41,997 bases of DNA from an uncultured Dehalococcoidia bacterium (GCA_964609475.1 CAZSRY010000001.1:1-41997), one strand, 5' to 3'; counted from the first letter of the stretch, positions 1 to 8,563 are shown. The notes: generated by a model not told the origin, from the sequence alone. Numbers and translations: made by a program.

Positions 1-896
1 AGCACGTAGAACGGCGCCCCGTGACATATCTCCTGCTGCATCTTGACGTTCATCTCGATCTGGTCGAGGGGAATGTGACCGGGCCCTTCGATTATCACCT
101 GCACGTCCTTGGCCCAGGCGCGCTCAGTGAGATCACCCAGCGTCCTAAGCTCAGCGAACTGGGCGTCGTCGCTGGCGTCGGCCAGGCAGCCAGGGCGGAG
201 GCCGTCGCCCAGGCTCAGGGTAACGTCATACTTGCGGGCGATGTCGCACAGTTCATCGAAGTGCTCGTGCAGGGGGTTTTGGCGCTTGTGATGGAGCATC
301 CACTGCGCCAGCAGGCCGCCGCCGCGGCTTACGATGCCGGTTACCCGCCGCTGCGCCAGGGGGATGTGTTCTTGGAGGAGGCCACAGTGCACCGTCATGA
401 AGTCCACGCCCTGTTTGGCCTGCTGCTCGATAACGTCGAACAAGTCCTCAACGGTCATGTCCTCCGTCCGCTCAAGCTCCGCCGCCACCTGATATATGGG
501 GACAGTGCCCACGGGCAGGGGACTGGCCTTGAGGATCGCCTGCCGGATGGCGTCGATATCGCCGCCCGAGCTCAGGTCCATGACCGTGTCCGCGCCGAAG
601 TTGATGGACACCTGCAACTTGCACAGTTCCGTCTCGATGTCAGAGGAGACCGCTGAGTTACCGATGTTGGCGTTGATCTTGATGCTGGCTACGGTGCCGA
701 TACCTATGGGGTCGAGGCTGGTGTGGTTGATGTTAGCCGGTATCACCAGGCGGCCCTCGGCGACCTCTCGACGCACCAGCTCTGGCTCCAGGCTCTCCTT
801 TTCGGCGACGGTTCTCATCTGGTTGGTGATGATCCCCTGACGGGCGAGGTGAAGCTGTGTCCTCGCCCTATCGGTGCTTCTCGTTCGATTCGACAT
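1..896 (-). CDS. thiC: phosphomethylpyrimidine synthase ThiC, N-terminal ~298 codons (3' end beyond window)
   Basis: Own translation of the minus strand from ATG 896..894 gives [27 protein letters not shown]...[10 protein letters not shown]...[10 protein letters not shown]...[12 protein letters not shown]...GTVPIYQ...TGIVSRGG...SLGDGLRPG...EGPGHIP, matching ThiC signatures. Absent from the ORF track because there is no stop in the window. Plus ORF 21..656 is its antisense shadow. Confidence 0.9.
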   Translation of the reverse strand, partial: MSNRTRSTDRARTQLHLARQGIITNQMRTVAEKESLEPELVRREVAEGRLVIPANINHTSLDPIGIGTVASIKINANIGNSAVSSDIETELCKLQVSINFGADTVMDLSSGGDIDAIRQAILKASPLPVGTVPIYQVAAELERTEDMTVEDLFDVIEQQAKQGVDFMTVHCGLLQEHIPLAQRRVTGIVSRGGGLLAQWMLHHKRQNPLHEHFDELCDIARKYDVTLSLGDGLRPGCLADASDDAQFAELRTLGDLTERAWAKDVQVIIEGPGHIPLDQIEMNVKMQQEICHGAPFYV

Positions 897-966
897 GTCG
901 GCCTCCTAGACCCCGTTTCGAGTCCCCCTACACTACGGGCATTGACGTGCTGAGTGGCACTTCACT

Positions 967-1758
967 CTAGATATCCTGCCAGTATCGGAAGAAATGGTGG
1001 ACAGGCCCCTGCCCCTGACCCAGCGGGTAGGAGTGCTGAAGGGCCTTGGTGACATACGCCTTGGCCATCGCCACCGCCTGTCGCACACTCGATCCCTTGG
1101 CTATCGACGCCGCTATCGCCGAGGCGAAGGTGCAGCCCGTGCCGTGAGTGTTGCGGGTATCTACGCGGGGCGCCGAGAACTCGTGGTATTGCTGCCCGTC
1201 ATAGAAGAGGTCGGTGGCTGGGCCATCGATGTGGCCGCCCTTGATGACGACGTTCCTGGCGCCCATGCCCGCGATCTCTTGGGCTGCCCAGCGCGTGTCG
1301 TCCTGGTCGCGGAGTTCCCGTCCCACCAACGCCGCCGCCTCGGCCAAATTGGGCGTGACGATCAGGGCCAGAGGCAGCAGCCTCTCCCGAAGGGCAGAGA
1401 CGGCGTCCTTAGAGAGTAGAGGCGCACCGCCCTTGGCAAGCATCACCGGGTCGACCACCAGCTTTGTAAGACCGTATTGACGTACCTTTTCGGCGACCAC
1501 CTCTAGGATACCTGTATTTGTAAGCATACCCGTCTTTACGACGTCTGCGCCGATGTCACTGACAATAGCGTCGATCTGAGCGGCCACTAGGTTCGGTGAC
1601 ACCTCCTGTACCTGATAGACACCGCGCGTGTTCTGAGCGGTGACGGCGGTGATGACCGATGTGCCGTACACACCGAGGGCGGCGAACGTCTTAAGGTCAG
1701 CCTGGATACCAGCCCCGGCACCGGAGTCGGACCCGGCTATGGTCATCACCGTTTTCAC
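967..1758 (-). CDS. thiD: hydroxymethylpyrimidine/phosphomethylpyrimidine kinase ThiD
   Basis: [20 protein letters not shown]..., [30 protein letters not shown]. The track start at 1791 lies in the riboswitch expression platform. GTG 1758 has a GGAGAA 9 nt upstream; ATG 1746 is an alternative. Confidence 0.9.
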   Translation of the reverse strand: MKTVMTIAGSDSGAGAGIQADLKTFAALGVYGTSVITAVTAQNTRGVYQVQEVSPNLVAAQIDAIVSDIGADVVKTGMLTNTGILEVVAEKVRQYGLTKLVVDPVMLAKGGAPLLSKDAVSALRERLLPLALIVTPNLAEAAALVGRELRDQDDTRWAAQEIAGMGARNVVIKGGHIDGPATDLFYDGQQYHEFSAPRVDTRNTHGTGCTFASAIAASIAKGSSVRQAVAMAKAYVTKALQHSYPLGQGQGPVHHFFRYWQDI

Positions 1759-1842
1759 AGGCTTCGATTCTCCACAAAACGAAAGCGCCACCCGGCAATC
1801 CCAGGTCGAAGACCCGGCGAACGAGTAGCGCTATCCAACACT

Positions 1843-1940
1843 TCCGCTCTCCCTACGCTGGCATTACCCAGATCAGGTTCAAACGGTCGGTGGCGGCTTA
1901 GCGGCCACCCTCTCAGCCGGGCCCGTCCGCCTGAAGCGGA
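1843..1940 (-). promoter_or_regulatory. TPP (THI-box) riboswitch aptamer upstream of thiD-thiC
   Basis: Minus strand reads UCCGCU...GGCUGAGA...ACCGUUUGAACCUGAUCUGGGUAAUGCCAGCGUAGGGAGAGCGGA. It has the conserved CUGAGA and ACCUGAUCUGGNUAAUGCCAGCGUAGGGA cores, and a P1 of UCCGCU/AGCGGA. Confidence 0.85.
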
Positions 1941-1985
1941 CTCCCCCAGCTCCCGAGTACGATATGCAGTTCTCTCTACTAACCT

Positions 1986-2014
1986 ATGATATAGCATAAG
2001 GCCAGCCCTCGCAA
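1986..2014 (-). promoter_or_regulatory. sigma-70-like promoter for the thi riboswitch operon
   Basis: Minus strand TTGCGA (2014..2009) - 17 nt - TATCAT (1991..1986), about 40 nt upstream of the aptamer. Confidence 0.45.
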
Positions 2015-2198
2015 CCTCACGCTGGACTCGCGCACGGGATCGCTTTGGAAGGGAGCCTTGCCAATCACTGCATCGTCCACTTGCGCCGGCCAGGCATGGA
2101 TCGACCGTTGGGCATCTTCTCTGAATCGGCTGATGCCAACGCATATGGACGGTCATTACGAAGCTATGAGCCCACAGGAGTCACATGCCGCCCTCTCC

Positions 2199-2228
2199 TT
2201 GACGGCCATAGCGGGGTACTCCTACAAT
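2199..2228 (+). promoter_or_regulatory. sigma-70-like promoter for the M20 amidohydrolase gene
   Basis: TTGACG (2199-2204) - 18 nt - TACAAT (2223-2228), 55 nt upstream of ATG 2283. Confidence 0.45.
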
Positions 2229-2282
2229 GCGATTGCCCAGGACGTTGTCTGAACGCAGGGCTGAGGTGGGCAACAGCTTCCC

Positions 2283-3461
2283 ATGAACGCAGACAGGAAT
2301 GAACTCAAGGCCCAGGTTGTCGCCCGGGTAGAGGCCCTTCGAGAGGAGCTCATCGACCTCAGTCTCCGTATCCACGACCATCCGGAGATCGCCTTTGAGG
2401 AGGAGAAGGCCTGCCAATGGCTCTGCGGCTATCTGGAGGAACATGGCTTTGACGTGGAGCGGGGCTTCTGCCAGATGCCGACTGCCTTTCGTGCGAGCAG
2501 CGGTGATGGACGCCCCTGCGTTGCCTTTCTCGCCGAGTACGATGCCCTGCCCGGCCTGGGCCATGCCTGCGGTCACAACGTGATAGCCGCCAGTTCCGTG
2601 GGGGCTGCAGTGGCCGCCAAGGGAGCACTGGATGCGACTGGCGGCAGTCTGGTCGTTATCGGCACGCCGGCGGAGGAGGTTCACGGTGGTAAGGCGATCA
2701 TGGCCGAGCGGGGCGCCTTCGACGAGCTGGATGCGGCTATGCTGAGCCACCCTGGCTCACGCAACGCCGTCCTCACTGCGGCGCTGGCCTGCGCATCCAT
2801 AACCGTAGAGTACTTTGGCAAGGAGGCCCATGCCGCCACTCGCCCTGAGGCCGGCGTCAATGCCCTCGATGCCCTCATCCTGGCCTTTAATGCCATCGCT
2901 GCATTGCGGCAGCACATTCGGGATAGCGCTCGCATTCATGGAGTCATCACCGATGGCGGCCATGCTCCTAACGTAATACCCGCCCACTCGGCAGCCAGCT
3001 TCCTGGTCCGCGCCGAGGACGAGGACTACCTGGAAGAACTGAAGGAGAAGGTCCTCGCTTGCTTCCGGTCCGGCGCGCAGGCCACCGGCGCCCGCTTGGA
3101 GTACCGCTGGGGCGATGTCCAGTATGCCCCCATGCGCTCCAACGGACCTCTGGCGGAGGCCTACCGCCAGAACCTGGCCGAGATGGGCCGCCTGGTGGAG
3201 GATTCCCCGGTCCCCCGCCCTCTAGGCAGCACCGACGTAGGCAACGTCAGCATCGTCGTACCCACTATCCATCCCTCCATAGCCATCGCCCCGCGGGAGG
3301 TCAGTATTCACACGCCTGACTTCGCCCGCATAGCCGCATCCCAAGAAGGCCACCGCGGCCTTCTAGACGCAGCCAAGGCGCTGGCCATGACCGCTGTAGA
3401 CGTCCTCGTAGACGCCGACTTGCGCCAGCGGATGCAGGACGAGTTTCTCAAGCAGGCTTGA
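2283..3461 (+). CDS. M20 family metallopeptidase / amidohydrolase (M20D, AmhX/HipO-like)
   Basis: 392 aa with HDHPEIAFEE, LAEYDALPGLGHACGHN, GTPAEE and a C-terminal dimerisation-domain pattern. Confidence 0.85.
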   Translation: MNADRNELKAQVVARVEALREELIDLSLRIHDHPEIAFEEEKACQWLCGYLEEHGFDVERGFCQMPTAFRASSGDGRPCVAFLAEYDALPGLGHACGHNVIAASSVGAAVAAKGALDATGGSLVVIGTPAEEVHGGKAIMAERGAFDELDAAMLSHPGSRNAVLTAALACASITVEYFGKEAHAATRPEAGVNALDALILAFNAIAALRQHIRDSARIHGVITDGGHAPNVIPAHSAASFLVRAEDEDYLEELKEKVLACFRSGAQATGARLEYRWGDVQYAPMRSNGPLAEAYRQNLAEMGRLVEDSPVPRPLGSTDVGNVSIVVPTIHPSIAIAPREVSIHTPDFARIAASQEGHRGLLDAAKALAMTAVDVLVDADLRQRMQDEFLKQA

Positions 3462-3468
3462 TCTCACC

Positions 3469-4260
3469 TTGATGGAGAGAATGACGAAGCCCTCTGGAAA
3501 CATGGCCCACGACCCCTTGGCGGTAATCGCCGAGTACTATGATCTGGACCTGGGCGATTATCAGGAAGACATACCACTGTATGAGAACCTGGCGCGGCGC
3601 ACCGACCTGCCCGTTCTGGAGTTGGGTGTCGGCACCGGCCGAGTTGCGATTCCTCTGGCAGAGGCCGGCCTCTCGGTCGTAGGCATCGACTCTTCGGAGG
3701 CCATGCTTGCGGTGGCACGGAGCAAGCTTGACAAAGGCCTGAGTAGGCGCCTTCAATTGATTCTGGCGGAGATGGAGGAGTTCTCCCTCAATGAGAGCTT
3801 TGTCCTCGTCTTGTGCCCGCTGGGCGGGTTCTTGCACCTGAGCAGCCAGGACAAGCAGATTCGTGCCCTGGAGTGTGCCCGCCGGCATCTGGATCGAGGT
3901 GGTCTTGTAGCCCTGGATCTGCCCAGCCTGGAGACGGCCGACTGGGAGCCTGGCGCCCGGGGGCTCATTCTGGAGTGGACGCGGGAACGCCTCGACGGGA
4001 CCAAGGTGAGCAAGTTCGTCAGTGTGGCGGCAGACCGGGCCCGTCAGATTCAGTGGGTTACCCACATCTATGAGGAATGGACCGCGGCAGGCTCCCGCCG
4101 ACGCATAGCCTCGTTCGAAATGCGCTACGTGCATAGATTTGAGATGGAGCTCCTTCTGGCCCAAGCCGGCCTAAAGGTGGATGGTCTCTATGGCTCCTAT
4201 GACCTTGCCCCCTACGATTCCGATAGCCCAAGGATGATCTTTTTGGCTGGCCATGCTTGA
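3469..4260 (+). CDS. class I SAM-dependent methyltransferase
   Basis: 263 aa with motif I VLELGVGTGRVAIPLA and post-I VVGIDSS. Confidence 0.8.
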   Translation: MMERMTKPSGNMAHDPLAVIAEYYDLDLGDYQEDIPLYENLARRTDLPVLELGVGTGRVAIPLAEAGLSVVGIDSSEAMLAVARSKLDKGLSRRLQLILAEMEEFSLNESFVLVLCPLGGFLHLSSQDKQIRALECARRHLDRGGLVALDLPSLETADWEPGARGLILEWTRERLDGTKVSKFVSVAADRARQIQWVTHIYEEWTAAGSRRRIASFEMRYVHRFEMELLLAQAGLKVDGLYGSYDLAPYDSDSPRMIFLAGHA

Positions 4261-4287
4261 AGCACATGCTGGCCTGAGTCGTATAAT
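4257..4287 (+). promoter_or_regulatory. possible promoter for plsX
   Basis: TTGAAG (4257-4262) - 19 nt - TATAAT (4282-4287). The spacer is long, so this is tentative. Confidence 0.3.
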
Positions 4288-4323
4288 GAGGGTTCCTGGC
4301 GACAAGGTGGGGAGAGAAAACGC

Positions 4324-5310
4324 ATGCTCATAGCTTTGGATGCCGTCGGTGGTGACCATGCCCCTAGCGAGCCCGTCAGTGGTGCTCTCCAGGCAGCAGC
4401 CGAGTTGGGTCTCGAGATTGCCCTAGTAGGGCCGAGGGCGTTGCTGGAGAAGGAGCTCGCGCGTCATGATCCGCTGCCTGCCGGGCTCCACCTGGTGGAG
4501 GCCGACCAGGCCATCACCATGGACGACCCGCCTGCTCAGGCTGTACGCCAGAAGCGCGATGCCTCCATCAATGTGGCGCTGCGCCTCTTGAAGGACGGCA
4601 AGGCCTCAGCAGTCGTATCCGCTGGCAATACGGGAGCGGTGGTCGCCTCCGCTCTGCTCAATCTGGGCCGCCTACCGGGCATCGACCGGCCAGCCATCAG
4701 CGCCCTTTTCCCCTCAACCGAACACGGAGTCCTTCTGTTGGATGCGGGAGCCAACGCCAAGTGCAAGCCCTCGTACCTAGTCCAATTCGCCCACATGGGC
4801 TCGACCTATATGGAGACAATGTTCGGGATCGCGCGGCCGCGAGTGGGCCTGCTCAACATCGGAGAAGAGGGGAACAAGGGAAACGATCTCGCTCAGGATG
4901 TGCACCAGAAGCTGACACGAACGCACCTCAGCTTTGTTGGCAACGTGGAAGGGAAGGATATTGCCCAAGGCACGGTAGACGTTGTCGTGACTGATGGCTT
5001 CACCGGTAACGTGGCTGTGAAGGTGAGCGAGGCTTCGGTCGAGTTCGTCTTCTCACAGATACGAGATATCCTAACCAGCAAGCTCTATTATCAGCTAGCT
5101 GGCCTGGCCTTGCGAGAGGCTTTTCGGGACATGCGTCGACGTCTGGACTACTCTGAGTATGGAGGTGTCCCCTTGCTGGGGGTTGACGGGGTCGTCATCG
5201 TGGCTCACGGCCGCAGCGACGCCTATGCCTTCAAGAACGCCCTTCGCACGGCACGAGATGCCGTAACCTCTGGCGTCCTGGAGGCGCTATCCAGCATTCC
5301 AAAGAAATAG
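4324..5310 (+). CDS. plsX: phosphate acyltransferase PlsX
   Basis: 328 aa: IALDAVGGDHAP, SAGNTGA, LLNIGEE, VVTDGFTGNV, GVDGVVIVAHGRS. Confidence 0.92.
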   Translation: MLIALDAVGGDHAPSEPVSGALQAAAELGLEIALVGPRALLEKELARHDPLPAGLHLVEADQAITMDDPPAQAVRQKRDASINVALRLLKDGKASAVVSAGNTGAVVASALLNLGRLPGIDRPAISALFPSTEHGVLLLDAGANAKCKPSYLVQFAHMGSTYMETMFGIARPRVGLLNIGEEGNKGNDLAQDVHQKLTRTHLSFVGNVEGKDIAQGTVDVVVTDGFTGNVAVKVSEASVEFVFSQIRDILTSKLYYQLAGLALREAFRDMRRRLDYSEYGGVPLLGVDGVVIVAHGRSDAYAFKNALRTARDAVTSGVLEALSSIPKK

Positions 5311-5329
5311 CCGCCGGACGGGAGCCCTC

Positions 5330-5641
5330 TTAGGGCTGCTCCAGCGGGGAGGCTGCGCCCGGCAGCAGACCAAAACGCGCCCACATCTTGAGAGTTTCCC
5401 TTAACTCCTGCAAGCGAGCGGGGTCAGCCTTGAGGTCCTTGAGAAGGCAGCTCTCAATGTGCGTCTCCATCAGCATGAGCCCCACCTGATCGATGCTGCT
5501 GCGTGCCGCCATCAACTGGGTCAACACCTCCGCGCACTCACGGTCCTCTTCTAGCATACGCTGGATGCCCCGAAGCTGTCCTTCGATGCGCCGGAGGCGG
5601 ATAAGCATATTCTCCTCTGTGGACGCCGGTTTCGTATTCAT
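5330..5641 (-). CDS. csoR: CsoR/RcnR-family (DUF156) metal-sensing transcriptional repressor
   Basis: LIRLRRIEGQLRGIQRMLEEDRECAEVLTQLMAARSSIDQVGLMLMETHIESCL with the Cys...His-x3-Cys ligand pattern. I prefer ATG 5641 (103 aa) because the longer track ORF would run over the operator and promoter. Confidence 0.85.
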   Translation of the reverse strand: MNTKPASTEENMLIRLRRIEGQLRGIQRMLEEDRECAEVLTQLMAARSSIDQVGLMLMETHIESCLLKDLKADPARLQELRETLKMWARFGLLPGAASPLEQP

Positions 5642-5695
5642 TGTTCCGGTTCTAGCCTCTGTGGTAGCAGAGGGACCCTGTACTGGGCCGAACGG

Positions 5696-5725
5696 TTGAC
5701 ATACCCCCTGGGGGTATGCTAGCAT
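5696..5725 (+). promoter_or_regulatory. sigma-70-like promoter for trxA; spacer is the CsoR palindrome
   Basis: TTGACA (5696-5701) - 18 nt - TAGCAT (5720-5725), 57 nt upstream of ATG 5782. Confidence 0.45.
5701..5717. promoter_or_regulatory. CsoR-type operator (perfect 8+8 palindrome)
   Basis: ATACCCCC-T-GGGGGTAT, an AT-flanked C-tract/G-tract inverted repeat typical of CsoR operators, lying between csoR and trxA. Confidence 0.7.
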
Positions 5726-5752
5726 TCTAGAGTCCGATTTCTATCCTGTCAA
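5724..5752 (-). promoter_or_regulatory. sigma-70-like promoter for csoR; operator at about +1..+17
   Basis: Minus strand TTGACA (5752..5747) - 17 nt - TAGAAT (5729..5724). Confidence 0.55.
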
Positions 5753-5781
5753 GGTTACAACGCAGGTCGAGGAGGAGAATA

Positions 5782-6108
5782 ATGGCCAGTGTAAAGGATG
5801 TGACCGATGCCACGTTTGAGCAGGATGTCCTCAAGTCCAGCACGCCGGTGATGGTAGACTTCTGGGCGCCCTGGTGTGGCCCCTGCCATATGGTGTCCCC
5901 CCTGGTGGAGGAACTGGCGGGCGATTTTGCAGGCAAAGTGAACTTCTTCAAGCTGAATACAGACGAGAGTCCTGCCACGGCGTCACGCTACGGCATCCGC
6001 GCCATACCGACTCTGCTGATCTTCAAAGGGGGTCAGCCGGTCGGGCAGATCATAGGTTTCAGGCCCAAGCCCGAGCTCAAGAAACAGTTGGAGAATGTCA
6101 TAGCCTAG
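5782..6108 (+). CDS. trxA: thioredoxin
   Basis: 108 aa: [44 protein letters not shown] lies upstream. Confidence 0.95.
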   Translation: MASVKDVTDATFEQDVLKSSTPVMVDFWAPWCGPCHMVSPLVEELAGDFAGKVNFFKLNTDESPATASRYGIRAIPTLLIFKGGQPVGQIIGFRPKPELKKQLENVIA

Positions 6109-6385
6109 GCAGTCAAGGTGCCGCCCGTGGGCCTTCCGCAGGAGATCCTCACCGCCCCCCTTCCCAGTTGTGGAGGCTCCTTGTACAATTCGATGTGATC
6201 TGTTCGATTCGCTGCCGTGCTGGCGGTGGCGAGTTTTCACCATCGAGCGGGTCGGGCTATCGGTTCTGCCGCCGTCATCAGGGCGGACCAGTACATCAGC
6301 GAGAATCTCGGCGGCCGGGAAGTGCGGGGCCAAATTCTAAGCCTTGTCGCCGTGCCTTAACCTATGTGAGTGGCTCCTGCGCTGC

Positions 6386-6483
6386 GGGAGTGGATGGGTC
6401 CTGGTGGGCCTCGCGGTCTTCAAAACCGTTGCGGGGCGGCCCGCGCCGTCCCGGGTGGGTTCGACTCCCACCCACTCCCGCCA
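6386..6483 (+). tRNA. selC: tRNA-Sec (anticodon UCA)
   Basis: Hand fold: acceptor GGGAGUGG/CCACUCCC (8 bp), D stem GGGUCC/GGGCCU with 4-nt loop, anticodon loop CUUCAAA, extra arm GGGGCGG/CCGUCCC (7 bp), T arm GUGGG-UUCGACU-CCCAC (5 bp), discriminator G, encoded CCA. This is the 8/5 Sec architecture. Confidence 0.88.
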
Positions 6484-6508
6484 CTGAACGCGGTTCGTTG
6501 GATCTCCC

Positions 6509-7540
6509 ATGATCTACATCTTCTACGGCGAGGACGAATTTTCGCAGCGGGAGGAGCTTGCCGCCCTCAAGGCTCAGCTCGATGGCGACGGCATGCTTGC
6601 CAGCAACACATCTCTGCTCGACGGCCGAGGGCTACAACCGGCCGATCTCCTGGCGCCATGCAGTACCATTCCCTTCCTGGGAAGTCATCGGCTGGTCATA
6701 GTGGAGGGCCTGCTGGGGCGCTTCGAGACCTCGCGTACGCCGGGAAAACGTCGCGGCGTTGGGAGCTCTCGAGAGAGCATGGCTCTCTGGAAGACCCTCC
6801 CATCGGCCCTGCAGGGACTGCCCGATACCACCACCCTGGTTCTGGTGGATGGAAAAGTGGCACCTGGAAATCCTCTTCTCCGGCTGCTGGCCCCTCTGGG
6901 TGAGGTGCGTGAGTTTCGGCCTCTGCGGCAGAGGGCGGTGCCCGACTGGATACGCCAGCGTGCTCGCACCATGGGACTAGACGTCTCCCCAGGCGCTGTA
7001 GCCCTGCTGGCAGACCTAGTCGGCAATGACTTGCGGGCTCTCTCCCAGGAACTGGAGAAGCTGGGGATGTACGCCCAGGACCGTCAGATCGAGGAGAATG
7101 ATGTCCGTACTCTGGTCAGTAGCGCGCGTGACGCCAATGTCCTGACTATGGTCGATGCCGTGGTCGAAGGCCGAAGCAACGTCGCTGTTCGTCTCCTGGA
7201 GCAGCTACGGAATGAGGGGGCATCGCCGACCTACCTGCTGAACATGATCACCCGCCAGTATCGCCACCTGATACTGGCCAAGGAGCTCCTGTTGGCGCGC
7301 CTTTCGCCAGCCGAGATCGGGCAGCGCCTAGGTATCGTGTCGGACTTCGCTCTGCGCAAGGTATTGGAGCAAGCGACCCGCTATGCCCTACCTCAACTGG
7401 AGGCCGCCTACCGACGCCTGTTGGAGGCCGACGCAGCCATCAAGCTGGGCATCTATCGTGACGAGATGGCCCTTGATCTCCTCCTGAACGACCTCTCCCA
7501 GACTACTGGGGCAGCGGCAAGGCCCTCAGCTACTTCCTAG
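6509..7540 (+). CDS. holA: DNA polymerase III delta subunit HolA
   Basis: 343 aa: MIYIFYGEDEF N-terminus, LVLV...GK, NDLRALSQELEKL. Confidence 0.85.
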   Translation: MIYIFYGEDEFSQREELAALKAQLDGDGMLASNTSLLDGRGLQPADLLAPCSTIPFLGSHRLVIVEGLLGRFETSRTPGKRRGVGSSRESMALWKTLPSALQGLPDTTTLVLVDGKVAPGNPLLRLLAPLGEVREFRPLRQRAVPDWIRQRARTMGLDVSPGAVALLADLVGNDLRALSQELEKLGMYAQDRQIEENDVRTLVSSARDANVLTMVDAVVEGRSNVAVRLLEQLRNEGASPTYLLNMITRQYRHLILAKELLLARLSPAEIGQRLGIVSDFALRKVLEQATRYALPQLEAAYRRLLEADAAIKLGIYRDEMALDLLLNDLSQTTGAAARPSATS

Positions 7541-7808
7541 TGGACACCCTGACCCTGCGGCGCAGGAGCACGCCGTCGACGGCCTTCGCTACCCTGTCGC
7601 TGCTGAAGTGGTGAGTGTGAAGGTCCTGAATGCGGAGGGTGGTTTCGTCCATGGTGAAGCCAGAGGAACGGCCCCAGGCAAGACAAGGGCGGCGAAACCA
7701 TGCTCACCGCCCTCCAGTGTAGACGACTGACCAACTAGGTCCTAGCTGAGGAGGGAGACTCAGTAGAACCGAACCAGTGTGGCCTTTCCACCCCGAAGAG
7801 ACAGCAGC

Positions 7809-8438
7809 CTAGAAGCCGGGTCCCATCCTGTACAGGACCTTCCCCTGGATCTCCACGTTGTCGGCGTCAGTGTAGATGGGCTTCATAGTCTCGTTGGCCG
7901 GCTGCAGGCGAACGCGATCGCCCTCGCGGTAGAACTTCTTGAGGGTGGCCTCCTGCTCCCGTTTCAGCCAGGCCGCCACCATCTCCCCGTTCTCGGAGCT
8001 GCTGGCCTGCTCCATTATGATGATGTCGCCATCGTTAACCAGGGCGTCGATCATGGAGGTACCCCTGACCCGCAGAGCGTAGACGTTCTCCTTGCCCCGG
8101 GTCATCTTCTCGGTGACGTCCACCGTTTCCGAGTAGTCGGTACTGGCTTCGGGTACCGGTATAGGCTGACCGGCGGCGATCTGACCGACAATGGGAACAG
8201 CAACCGTGTGCGGTCGACGGCCTGTTCCGTCCAGCAACTCTATGGCCCGCGAAACCTCCCTATCGCGGTGAATGTGGCCCATGCGCTCCAGGGCTTTCAG
8301 GTTGTAGTCCACCACCGAGGTAGAGCTGATGCCGCACGCCTCCTGGATATCACGGATGCTGGGGGGATAGTCCTTCTCTCGGATGAACCGCCGCAGAAAG
8401 TCGAGGATCCTCTGCTGCTTAGGGGAGAGTCCTTTCAA
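7809..8438 (-). CDS. lexA: LexA repressor
   Basis: 209 aa: winged HTH (PSIRDIQEACGISSTSVVDYNLKALERMG), Ala-Gly cleavage site (QIAAGQP), S24 Ser (VRGTSM) and Lys (ATLKKF). Confidence 0.93.
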   Translation of the reverse strand: MKGLSPKQQRILDFLRRFIREKDYPPSIRDIQEACGISSTSVVDYNLKALERMGHIHRDREVSRAIELLDGTGRRPHTVAVPIVGQIAAGQPIPVPEASTDYSETVDVTEKMTRGKENVYALRVRGTSMIDALVNDGDIIIMEQASSSENGEMVAAWLKREQEATLKKFYREGDRVRLQPANETMKPIYTDADNVEIQGKVLYRMGPGF

Positions 8439-8465
8439 TCTTCACCTCCCTCAGAATTCAACATC

Positions 8466-8485
8466 TAGAACGAACTAGTGTTCTA
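8466..8485. promoter_or_regulatory. LexA (SOS/Cheo-type) box
   Basis: TAGAACGAACTAGTGTTCTA contains GAAC-TAGT-GTTC (8472-8483, GAAC-N4-GTTC) nested in TAGAAC-N8-GTTCTA. It lies immediately downstream of the lexA -10. Confidence 0.75.
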
Positions 8486-8491
8486 GCAGGA

Positions 8492-8520
8492 AATCTATCA
8501 TCTGTTGGAAAGCTTGTCAA
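8492..8520 (-). promoter_or_regulatory. sigma-70-like promoter for lexA
   Basis: Minus strand TTGACA (8520..8515) - 17 nt - TAGATT (8497..8492). Confidence 0.6.
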
Positions 8521-8563
8521 CCCCCAACTCGGGCCGTTCTCCTTCCCACAAGTTGAGTGGCCA

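Noticed and set aside
21-656. 211-aa plus-strand ORF at the left edge
   Set aside because: It is the antisense shadow of thiC, whose minus-strand translation has unmistakable ThiC motifs. Long stop-free antisense frames are expected at this GC content.
6109-6385. Possible SRP RNA, 6S RNA or hammerhead ribozyme upstream of tRNA-Sec (GCCGUGCU...GGCGG resembles an SRP Alu-domain start; CUGAUGA on the minus strand near 6262-6290)
   Set aside because: The SRP domain IV core (GGUCCGGAAGGAAGCAGCC-like) is absent. No helix II/III can be drawn around the CUGAUGA. Kept only as an unexplained leader in the findings.
5874-6512. 212-aa plus-strand ORF spanning the trxA 3' end, the spacer and tRNA-Sec
   Set aside because: It runs out of frame through trxA and straight through a tRNA gene. 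It is Arg/Gly/Ser rich and has no start context.
7779-8468. 229-aa plus-strand ORF overlapping lexA. Similar long antisense ORFs occur at 24496-25218, 26993-27610, 30049-30864, 32138-33055, 36596-37072 and 38083-38520.
   Set aside because: Each lies entirely opposite a confidently identified gene (lexA, usp/trkA, fpg, lon, larB, rplL, rplA). Each has an Arg/Gly/Pro/His-rich, low-complexity composition typical of antisense frames.
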